Below are positions 1-7,106 of a stretch of 64,000 nucleotides of DNA, piece after piece. The notes below the pieces were generated by a model. That model made no database searches. It had not been told where the DNA came from and saw only the letters and a program-made list of their open reading frames with translations. Source of the DNA: Candidatus Latescibacterota bacterium. GTDB lineage: Bacteria; Latescibacterota; UBA2968; GCA-2709665. Position 1 is the first letter of the stretch; every line of letters starts with the position of its first letter. Both the position numbers and the translations under genes were made by a program. The stretch is from positions 864,001 through 928,000 of the forward strand of contig OZ252100.1 in assembly GCA_965248435.1 (NCBI GenBank). Direction: 5' to 3'.

Positions 1-1158
1 CGCGTTCTTCAGACGGATCTCCACCGGATCGATCCCGAGTTGAGCGGCCAATTCGTCCAGGTTCGACTCGCGGGGCACGGCGGTCTGGGGTGCGCACGGG
101 GCCCGGTAGGCCCCCGGCCCCGGTTTGTTCGTGCGGACGCAGAACGACTCCAGCCTGATGTTCGGGAACCTGTACGGACCCAGGAGCCGGTCCGGGCCCC
201 AACCGCCCCCGACGATCCCGCCATCCCAAACAATCCGACCCTCTACGGCCAGCAGCGTCCCGTCCTTCGCGGCGCCGGTCTTCAGACGGACCCAGCACCC
301 CGGGGCGGGACGACTGTCCATAAAATCTTCGTCCCGGCTGATGGTCACCTTGACGGGGCAGCCCGTACGCAACGCCAGAAGCGCCGTGGGGGCCTCCACG
401 ATCAGCCGGTTCTTGCCGCCAAATCCGCCGCCCATCTCAGTCATAATGACGCGTATCTGACCTTCCGGAATCTTCAGAATCTCGGCCAGGCCTTCCCGCT
501 TCGAAAACGATCCCTGGCCCGCTGCCCAGACGGTCAGCCGCCCGTCAGGCTCAACCCGGGCCGTCGCGGAGTTCGGCTCCATGTAGGTCTGATTGAAAAA
601 CGGAGCGCTGTAGACCGCCTCCACCACCGCTGCACAGTCCCTGAACGCCTTATCTGCATCTCCCTCGACCATCACCCGATGTGCCGTCACGTTCCGGTAG
701 CGTCTCCCCCTGGAATCCCGGACATCTTCGGTCGGCGCACCCAGAACGGTTTCCGGTGCCTCCGGATCCATCGCGGCGACAGGGTCTACGTGCGCGGGCA
801 GGACCCTGTAGTCCACCTTGATCAACTCCAGGGCGTCCTTCGCGATGTCCGGGTCTACGGCCGCAACCGCCGCGACCTTCTGGCCGTGGTAGCAGGCCTC
901 GTCCCGCGCGAAGATTCCCGTCAGATCCGGAAAATCTCGTGCGGTGATCACAGCCAGGACGCCCGGCAGCGCGCGTGCCCGGGTCGTATCGATCTTCCGT
1001 ATTCGCGCGTGGCCGTGAGGGCTGCGCAGGATCCGGCCGTGGAGCATCCCCGGGAGCTGGACGTCGTCCGCATAGAGTGTCCGACCCGTCACGATATCCG
1101 GACCGTTAAGTCGCGCGGTGCGTTTCCCTACAGCCTTCAACTTTTCGGCCTGAGCCAT
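1..1158 (-). CDS. Xanthine dehydrogenase/aldehyde oxidase family molybdopterin-binding subunit (runs off window edge)
   Basis: Not in the ORF track because there is no stop in the window. Manual translation from ATG 1158 gives MAQAEKLKAVGKRTARLNGPDIVTGRTLYADDVQLPGMLHGRILRSPHGHARIRKIDT, the typical a/b hammerhead N-terminus. Confidence 0.9.
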   Translation of the reverse strand, partial: MAQAEKLKAVGKRTARLNGPDIVTGRTLYADDVQLPGMLHGRILRSPHGHARIRKIDTTRARALPGVLAVITARDFPDLTGIFARDEACYHGQKVAAVAAVDPDIAKDALELIKVDYRVLPAHVDPVAAMDPEAPETVLGAPTEDVRDSRGRRYRNVTAHRVMVEGDADKAFRDCAAVVEAVYSAPFFNQTYMEPNSATARVEPDGRLTVWAAGQGSFSKREGLAEILKIPEGQIRVIMTEMGGGFGGKNRLIVEAPTALLALRTGCPVKVTISRDEDFMDSRPAPGCWVRLKTGAAKDGTLLAVEGRIVWDGGIVGGGWGPDRLLGPYRFPNIRLESFCVRTNKPGPGAYRAPCAPQTAVPRESNLDELAAQLGIDPVEIRLKNA

Positions 1159-1358
1159 TTCGGTCCTCATGGACAGTGATTCTATCCCTTGCTAAAAAGC
1201 AACCCACCGAACCACATCACTTAGACTTGTATTAATAAGCAGATATCGGGACGGAGTCAACCCCATAGCGTGCTGCAAAAATGAAACAATACAAAAGGGG
1301 TTCGCGCGACCTTCTGAAGCTCAGTATTCGTATGCGTGCATCTTTTGGCGCTTTTCCT

Positions 1359-2279
1359 CTAACCCCCCAACTGAATGCCCAGCCTGACAAATCCACTGTT
1401 TTTGAGATCCAGAGAGCTGACCTCGTTATCTCCATCGAAGAATTCGAATCGGCGCAGGAGCGTGATGCCCCCGTGAATCGTCACGTGGAGCGTTTTGGAT
1501 AGGTGCAGCTTGACGGACGGTCCCGCGGTGCCAACGGAATACCTCATCTGGGGGTTCTGAACGAGGTATGTTGCCGGATCTCCGTGATACTGGTTCCCCT
1601 CTACCTTCGCCGCGAGCCCAAGTTCGACTTTCTGGCTGGGGAGGTACCAGAGTTCAGCGTGCACAGGAAGGAACAGATCCACTCTGGCATTCGAACCGTT
1701 CGTCCACATCAGCGTCAAAAGCGGAATCGGGAAGGCTTCACCATATTTGAAGGAATAGGCCGCTCCGAAGCCGAACGAAAGATGCTCGAATATGGCCGCG
1801 GAGGCGACGTTGAAATCGTCGTTTGAAATGTCGCCTTCGAAATCGGAATGAAGACCGGGCGTAACCACGGCTGTCAGGTTCCATTTTTCCGAGAGTCGAC
1901 GCACCAGGATAAGACCGTACTCGATCCCCTGTGCATTTTCTATCCTGTTTCCTCCCTGCAGATTATCCCAGTTGTTGTAACCCAGATCGAGACTACGATA
2001 GGAAATCTGGTTTACGAGAACGGTTCTGCCCTCGGAGAAGACAGCTGGTGCAGCGAATTCAAAGTGGAACGTTCCGACCTGGACCTCCAGATTCTGCTCG
2101 AAATTTCTCCGACCGTTGATCGGCTGGGTATCGGGATTCGCAAGCTTTGAGAATGGGAAGAAATCATAACTCACCGAAAAGGATGGTCCGGGCCCCGCGT
2201 GAGATCTGGATATGCCGGAAAGGGTGACGAATATTGGACACACAAAACACGCGACACAACTGATTACCCACTTTTTCAC
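1359..2279 (-). CDS. Outer-membrane beta-barrel protein (DUF6268-like)
   Basis: Signal peptide, amphipathic beta-strand pattern, FGFGAAYS..GEAFPIPL motif, C-terminal strand FVRLGIQLGG. Confidence 0.7.
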   Translation of the reverse strand: MKKWVISCVACFVCPIFVTLSGISRSHAGPGPSFSVSYDFFPFSKLANPDTQPINGRRNFEQNLEVQVGTFHFEFAAPAVFSEGRTVLVNQISYRSLDLGYNNWDNLQGGNRIENAQGIEYGLILVRRLSEKWNLTAVVTPGLHSDFEGDISNDDFNVASAAIFEHLSFGFGAAYSFKYGEAFPIPLLTLMWTNGSNARVDLFLPVHAELWYLPSQKVELGLAAKVEGNQYHGDPATYLVQNPQMRYSVGTAGPSVKLHLSKTLHVTIHGGITLLRRFEFFDGDNEVSSLDLKNSGFVRLGIQLGG

Positions 2280-2399
2280 TGAATCTCCTTTTTGCCTTAG
2301 TATTTGTTCTTCTTAAGGTAAGGTCCGCGTGGGCGCCGGGTCAAGGAACTCCTGCCGCCGCCAAAACCCGAAATATTCGAGCTGCATTTGAACCGAGGG

Positions 2400-2449
2400 T
2401 TGACAAAACCAACAAATCAGGTATAATTGGATTAATCAGAATACTCTGA
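2400..2449 (+). promoter_or_regulatory. sigma70 promoter with downstream palindromic operator candidate
   Basis: TTGACA (2400-2405), 16-nt spacer, TATAAT (2422-2427). Inverted repeat TCAGA-ATAC-TCTGA at 2436-2449. RBS AGGAGGAG before GTG 2480. Confidence 0.75.
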
Positions 2450-2479
2450 ATATTCTTACTTATCGTCAGGAGGAGTTTC

Positions 2480-2743
2480 GTGGCGAGAGAGAAGAAAGGT
2501 CAATTCGATGCCGGATGCTGCAGCTGCAAGGTAGAATCTGTCGTCAGCGTGGACGAGAGGGGCCAGATGGTCCTCCCGAAGGAAATCCGAGAAAAGTCCA
2601 ACATCAAGCCCGGCGACAAGCTGGCCCTGGTCAGCTGGGAAAGCAACGGAAGCGTCTGCTGCATTTCCCTAATCAAGGCTGATGAGCTCACCGGCATGGT
2701 GAAAAACCTCCTCGGCCCTCTGATGAAGGACGTTCTACAATGA
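2480..2743 (+). CDS. AbrB/MazE/SpoVT-fold protein resembling the HgcAB-associated protein family (HgcC-like)
   Basis: [41 protein letters not shown]...VCCISLIKA: a swapped-hairpin core with vicinal Cys pairs. Confidence 0.75.
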   Translation: MAREKKGQFDAGCCSCKVESVVSVDERGQMVLPKEIREKSNIKPGDKLALVSWESNGSVCCISLIKADELTGMVKNLLGPLMKDVLQ

Positions 2744-2760
2744 TAGAAGGAGGCAACTCG

Positions 2761-3552
2761 ATGAAAACAGAAGCGATCAAAGAAATCGTCCGGAAGGGGT
2801 ATGGCAAGGTCGCGAGGGGCGGAGGCGGATGCTGCGGCGGCGACACTACGGAAGATCTCGCAAGATCGATCGGCTATTCGGATGAAGAGCTGAGTGCCGT
2901 CGCCGGGGACGCCAATCTAGGACTGGGCTGCGGAAATCCGACTGCTCTCGCCAGTCTGAAGGAAGGCGAAGTCGTCCTGGACCTCGGGTCGGGCGCCGGG
3001 TTCGACTGTTTCCTGGCTGCGCAGAAGGTGGGTCCTGCAGGCAGGGTGATCGGCGTCGACATGACGCCCGAGATGATCGAGAAGGCGGAGGCGAATGCCG
3101 CCAAGAGCGCCGCGGAGAACGTCGAGTTCAGACTCGGTGAGATCGAGAGCCTGCCGCTCGAGGACAATTCGGTCGACGTCGTCATCAGCAACTGCGTCAT
3201 CAATCTGTCGGCTGACAAGCAGGCCGTCTTCCGGGAAATCCATCGTGTATTGAAACCGGGCGGCCGCATCGCCATCTCAGACATCGCGCTGCTCGAGGAA
3301 CTCCCCGAAAAGATCAGACAGAGCATCGAGGCCTACGTGGGCTGTGTCGGCGGAGCGATCCTCGTCGATGAATACAGGGAAATCCTCCAGGCGGCCGGTC
3401 TCGGGGAGATCACCATCACCGTAAAGGGCGGCTCGTCCTGCATCGATGAGGATACGACCGACCCGATGGGCAGGGCGCTTCTGGAAAGCATCGATGACGT
3501 AGATGCGCTCGAGGGTTGTGTGGCCAATGTTTATGTAGAAGGACGCAAATAA
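2761..3552 (+). CDS. arsM: Arsenite S-adenosylmethionine methyltransferase
   Basis: N-terminal [31 protein letters not shown] and GCVGGA motifs. RBS GAAGGAGG before ATG 2761. Confidence 0.92.
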   Translation: MKTEAIKEIVRKGYGKVARGGGGCCGGDTTEDLARSIGYSDEELSAVAGDANLGLGCGNPTALASLKEGEVVLDLGSGAGFDCFLAAQKVGPAGRVIGVDMTPEMIEKAEANAAKSAAENVEFRLGEIESLPLEDNSVDVVISNCVINLSADKQAVFREIHRVLKPGGRIAISDIALLEELPEKIRQSIEAYVGCVGGAILVDEYREILQAAGLGEITITVKGGSSCIDEDTTDPMGRALLESIDDVDALEGCVANVYVEGRK

Positions 3553-3658
3553 CAGACGACCGCGGACCACCTAAAGGCAAACGACGGACGACGGACCGCA
3601 GACCGCGAGATAAATGGCCTTTGGAGTTTAGCGGTCCGTGGTCTGTGGTCCGCGGTCA
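3553..3658. repeat. Inverted arrays of degenerate heptamers (GACCGCG / CGCGGTC type)
   Basis: Left arm ACGACGGACGACGGACCGCAGACCGC and right arm GCGGTCCGTGGTCTGTGGTCCGCGGTC. Confidence 0.7.
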
Positions 3659-3698
3659 TTCATAACTTCACTATGCACGATTTTAGGAGAGACAGACA

Positions 3699-4109
3699 AT
3701 GCCAGTACGTGTTTTTGGCTGCAACCATATCGTGATCGAGGTCGACGATGTCGAGAAGGCTGTCGAGTTCTACCAGGATGTCTTCAACCTGAAGCTGAAG
3801 GACGAGGGCGAAGGGGACGCCTTCTTCGAGCTCGGCAACCATCAGTTCCTGGCCATCTTCAAAGTGGATGAACTCCAGCCCGATCGCCATAGACACTTCG
3901 GCCTGATCGTGCGCGACGACGACCAGGTCACCGAAGTCCGAGAAAAGATCACCAAGAAGTACGGCCTCGAAACCCTGGGGTCATTCAGGTGCGATTTCCG
4001 CGACCCCTGGGGCAATCGGATCCAGGTCGTAGACATGCACGACGAATCCACTGCGTGGCTGCAGCCCTACGAGGAGGTGCAGAAAGTCGGGGCGAAGCTG
4101 CCGGACTGA
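3699..4109 (+). CDS. VOC/glyoxalase family protein
   Basis: NHIVIEVDDVEKAVEFY, HFGLIV and FRDPWGNRIQV motifs. Confidence 0.9.
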   Translation: MPVRVFGCNHIVIEVDDVEKAVEFYQDVFNLKLKDEGEGDAFFELGNHQFLAIFKVDELQPDRHRHFGLIVRDDDQVTEVREKITKKYGLETLGSFRCDFRDPWGNRIQVVDMHDESTAWLQPYEEVQKVGAKLPD

Positions 4110-4138
4110 CTCTCTGAATTTAATTGCAAGAAACCGCG

Positions 4139-4171
4139 AAGGGGATGCCCAAATACAGGGCATCCCCTTTT
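4139..4171 (+). terminator. Intrinsic terminator
   Basis: AAGGGGATGCCC-AAATACA-GGGCATCCCCTT followed by further Ts, between convergent genes. Confidence 0.75.
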
Positions 4172-4194
4172 CAGAACCGGCAATCATCTGGATT

Positions 4195-4220
4195 GGGGCG
4201 AATACAAGATTCGCCCCTAC
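4195..4220 (-). repeat. GTAG-type REP palindrome
   Basis: Minus strand GTAGGGGCGAATCTTGTATTCGCCCC. Confidence 0.8.
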
Positions 4221-4224
4221 GGTG

Positions 4225-4581
4225 CTACGCCGAAATCCTCATCCTCTGAGCTGCTCGCTTCAGCGGTCGATCGAGGGTCCAGAGATCGCACTCCGCGAGA
4301 AGGGCCGACGCGAGCAGGTGAAGATCCACCCAGCCGAGTCCATGACCGAACAGCCGGCGTGAATCCAGCAGGTGCAGGACCTCACTGTGCTCGGCGGGGT
4401 CGGCCTGAGGCAGCGCATCCAAAAGGCCGAGGACCTCCTCGCGATTCTTCAGGCGTCCGCAGGCCAGTTCTCCCACCACGAACGGATGGCACGCCGCGCC
4501 GTCTTCCTCCAGCAGGGATTTAAGCCGCTCGTTCTCCCGCCTGAAGTGGTCCACCCAGACAGAGGTGTCGACAAGCGTCAT
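4225..4581 (-). CDS. vapC: VapC PIN-domain toxin
   Basis: LVDTSVWVDH, HPFVVGELACG, GLGWVDLHLLASA and LWTLD motifs. Confidence 0.93.
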   Translation of the reverse strand: MTLVDTSVWVDHFRRENERLKSLLEEDGAACHPFVVGELACGRLKNREEVLGLLDALPQADPAEHSEVLHLLDSRRLFGHGLGWVDLHLLASALLAECDLWTLDRPLKRAAQRMRISA

Positions 4582-4778
4582 CGCTTATGCGCCGCGCGCC
4601 TGCGGCGAACCGGACGCAGTCGCTTCTCTGTCCCGCCGAGCTCGGCCAGGCGCCGGGCGCTGACCCTCGAGATCAGCGCTTCCAGTCCCTGCCGAACCAG
4701 GCTGGTTTTCTGCTGGATACCGGTGAGCTCCGAGGCCCGGCGAAGCAGGTCATCGTCGATGTTGATCGTTGTCTTCAT
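4578..4778 (-). CDS. vapB: VapB antitoxin
   Basis: MKTTINIDDDLL..A.ELTG RHH-like start; 4-nt overlap with vapC. Confidence 0.92.
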   Translation of the reverse strand: MKTTINIDDDLLRRASELTGIQQKTSLVRQGLEALISRVSARRLAELGGTEKRLRPVRRRRAAHKR

Positions 4779-4786
4779 ATGGGTAA

Positions 4787-4814
4787 AATATACCTATTTA
4801 TATGTATAAATCAA
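4787..4814 (-). promoter_or_regulatory. vapBC promoter with autoregulatory palindrome
   Basis: TTGATT-N16-TATATT on the minus strand with TATAC-N10-GTATA overlapping it. ATG lies about 9 nt downstream, so the transcript is near-leaderless. Confidence 0.55.
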
Positions 4815-4850
4815 TGGGTATTTTGATCGCCCGTGCTACGATTCTGAACC

Positions 4851-4876
4851 GGGCAGGCGCGGAGGCCTGCCCCTAC
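4851..4876 (-). repeat. GTAG-type REP palindrome
   Basis: Minus strand GTAGGGGCAGGCCTCCGCGCCTGCCC. Confidence 0.8.
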
Positions 4877-4900
4877 GGCTATTGTGAACGCTTTTACGAT

Positions 4901-6787
4901 TCACGATCCACGGCCCGAAAGGCCTTCCCATTCCCCGAAGCGCGCCTCTATCTGTGACTGGATCTCGGTCTTCTTTCTTGTGATCTCGTCGAGCCGATCC
5001 CAATCGCGCGCCACGGCTTCGGACTGCGTTTCCTCGTCCAGAAAGCGGACTGCTTCTTCGAGCTCGCTGATCTGTTCCTGAAGTTCGGCCATCCGTCGCT
5101 GGCGACGCTCCTCTTCGCGCTGACTGCGCCTGGCCTCCTTGTAGGACGCCTTTTTCTTGGACCTTTCTTCAGACTCCTCGACGACCGGCTTCGCGGCCTG
5201 CTCCCTGCGACGCTGCCAGGCGTCGTAATTTCCTTCCACGAGCGTCCACGTCCCATGCTCCAGGACCAGCAGCCGGTCGACGAGGCGATTGAGGAAATAT
5301 CGGTCGTGCGACACAGCCACGAACGTCCCACCGTAGTGCTCGAGGGCCGCCTCAAGGACGATGCGAGACGGAATGTCCAGGTGATTCGTCGGCTCGTCAA
5401 GAATCAGGAGGTTGGATCTGGCGCGAAGGAGCTTGGCCAGCGCGACACGAGCCTGCTCCCCGCCGCTGAGCGTGCCCACCTTCTGTTCCACCTCATCCCC
5501 CGAGAAGAGGAACGCCCCGCACACTGTCTTGATCTCCCCGACCAGCGCGCTCGGCGTCACCTCCCAGACCTCCTCGAGCACGGTGCGGTTCGGATCCAGG
5601 TCCTGACGGTCCTGGTCGTACTTTCCGATCTCGATTCCAGCCCCGAGCCTCGCGGAGCCTGAGTCGGGTTCCAGATCGCCCGTGATGAGCCGAAGAAGCG
5701 TCGTCTTTCCCGACCCGTTGGGCCCGACGATGCCCAGTCGCTCTCCACGGCTGATCAAAAGCTCGACGTTCTCGAACAGCACCAGATCCCCGTAGGCCTT
5801 TGAGGCCCCAGAGACCTCGAGAACGAGGTCGCCTCCCCGGGCCTTGGGCGCGAACGAGAGGGCCATGTCTCTCTGTTTGCGAGGCCGGTCCGCCCGTTCC
5901 AGGCGCTCCAATGCCTTCCGCCGGCTCTGGGCCTGCTTGGTCTTCTGTCCAGCAATATTCTTTCTGATGAATGCTTCCGTCTCCTGGATGTAGGCCTGCT
6001 GTGCGCCGAATGCCTTCTGAGCCCGGGCCCTTCGCTTTTCTCTCTCATCATAATAATATGTAAAGGCGCCGGCATAATGCGAGAGCGCCCCTTCCTCGAG
6101 TTCGATAATCTCCGTGACTGCGCGATCCAGGAAATAGCGGTCGTGTGAAACGACGACAAAGGCGCCGCTGTAGCTCTCCAGATAACCCTCCAGCCATTCC
6201 ACCGTCTGCAAATCCAGGTGGTTCGTCGGCTCGTCGAGCAGGAGGAGATCCGGTTCCTTCGCCAGCAGCTGGGCCAGGGCCAGGCGGTTCTTCTGGCCAC
6301 CGCTCAGCACATCGACCGGCTTGTCCAGGTCGGACTCGGCGAACCCCACGCCGTTGAGCACCGCCTTCGCGCGGGCCTCCAGGGTGTACCCACCCTCCCG
6401 CTCGTAGCGATCGTGAAGGTGGCCGTATTCGTCCAGGACCTCCTTTCCGCTCTCGCCCGAGGCCATCACGTCTTCCAGCTCCCGCAGACGACCCTGGATG
6501 TCCAGCATATCCTGAAATCCGGCCAGGGCCGAGCGCAGTACTGTGGACTCACTCCTGAGCTCAGGCTCCTGAGGAAGATGGGCGATCTTCAGGCCTCTGG
6601 AGCGGTAGACCGCGCCTCGATCGGGCGTCTCAACGCCGGTCAGGACGTGAAACAGCGTCGTCTTGCCGCACCCGTTCCTCCCCACAAGGCCAATCCGATG
6701 GCGCGGCTCGACCTTCCACGTGATCCCGGTCAGGACTTCGTTTCCACCGAACGATTTGTAGACATCATCAAGTTGTATCAGCGGCAT
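4901..6787 (-). CDS. ABC-F family ATPase (Uup/YdiF-like)
   Basis: Two ABC cassettes (GRNGCGKTT, LSGGQ, LLLDEPTNHLD; GPNGSGKTT, LSGGE), no TM segments, C-terminal coiled coil. Confidence 0.95.
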   Translation of the reverse strand: MPLIQLDDVYKSFGGNEVLTGITWKVEPRHRIGLVGRNGCGKTTLFHVLTGVETPDRGAVYRSRGLKIAHLPQEPELRSESTVLRSALAGFQDMLDIQGRLRELEDVMASGESGKEVLDEYGHLHDRYEREGGYTLEARAKAVLNGVGFAESDLDKPVDVLSGGQKNRLALAQLLAKEPDLLLLDEPTNHLDLQTVEWLEGYLESYSGAFVVVSHDRYFLDRAVTEIIELEEGALSHYAGAFTYYYDEREKRRARAQKAFGAQQAYIQETEAFIRKNIAGQKTKQAQSRRKALERLERADRPRKQRDMALSFAPKARGGDLVLEVSGASKAYGDLVLFENVELLISRGERLGIVGPNGSGKTTLLRLITGDLEPDSGSARLGAGIEIGKYDQDRQDLDPNRTVLEEVWEVTPSALVGEIKTVCGAFLFSGDEVEQKVGTLSGGEQARVALAKLLRARSNLLILDEPTNHLDIPSRIVLEAALEHYGGTFVAVSHDRYFLNRLVDRLLVLEHGTWTLVEGNYDAWQRRREQAAKPVVEESEERSKKKASYKEARRSQREEERRQRRMAELQEQISELEEAVRFLDEETQSEAVARDWDRLDEITRKKTEIQSQIEARFGEWEGLSGRGS

Positions 6788-6881
6788 GGCGAAAAGATGG
6801 GAATTTAAGGGCAATCAGTCAAGGTAACGCATCTCGAGGATGAAGAATTCGGGGCATGGTCATGATATCAACTCCGCCATT

Positions 6882-7036
6882 TTGGAGTATTGGAAAGATC
6901 TTGCCTTTCCATGACACGATTGCTCAAATCTTCTAATACTCCAGCTTTAAGCATCCTGATTCTGGAGTATTGGAAGAACCCTCATGTATCTTGTTTCCCA
7001 TTACTCCAATACTCCATTGCTCCAACACTCCGATTC
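6882..7036. repeat. Inverted arrays of octamers (GGAGTATT / TACTCCA[AT])
   Basis: TTGGAGTATTGG twice, and CCATTACTCCAATACTCCATTGCTCCAACACTCC. Confidence 0.75.
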
Positions 7037-7106
7037 CCTCAGCGATCAAATTATTAGTTATCTTTCCAGTTCTCGAGAAACCGGCTCGAACCGAAATAGG
7101 AGTCCG

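Noticed and set aside
40-1179. 379-aa plus-strand ORF and other long antisense ORFs (e.g. 27767-28858, 37450-38580, 57400-58782)
   Set aside because: Shadows of well-supported genes on the opposite strand in GC-rich DNA; they have no recognisable motifs.
2480-3552. Mercury methylation locus
   Set aside because: No hgcA cap-helix motif or hgcB ferredoxin anywhere in the window.
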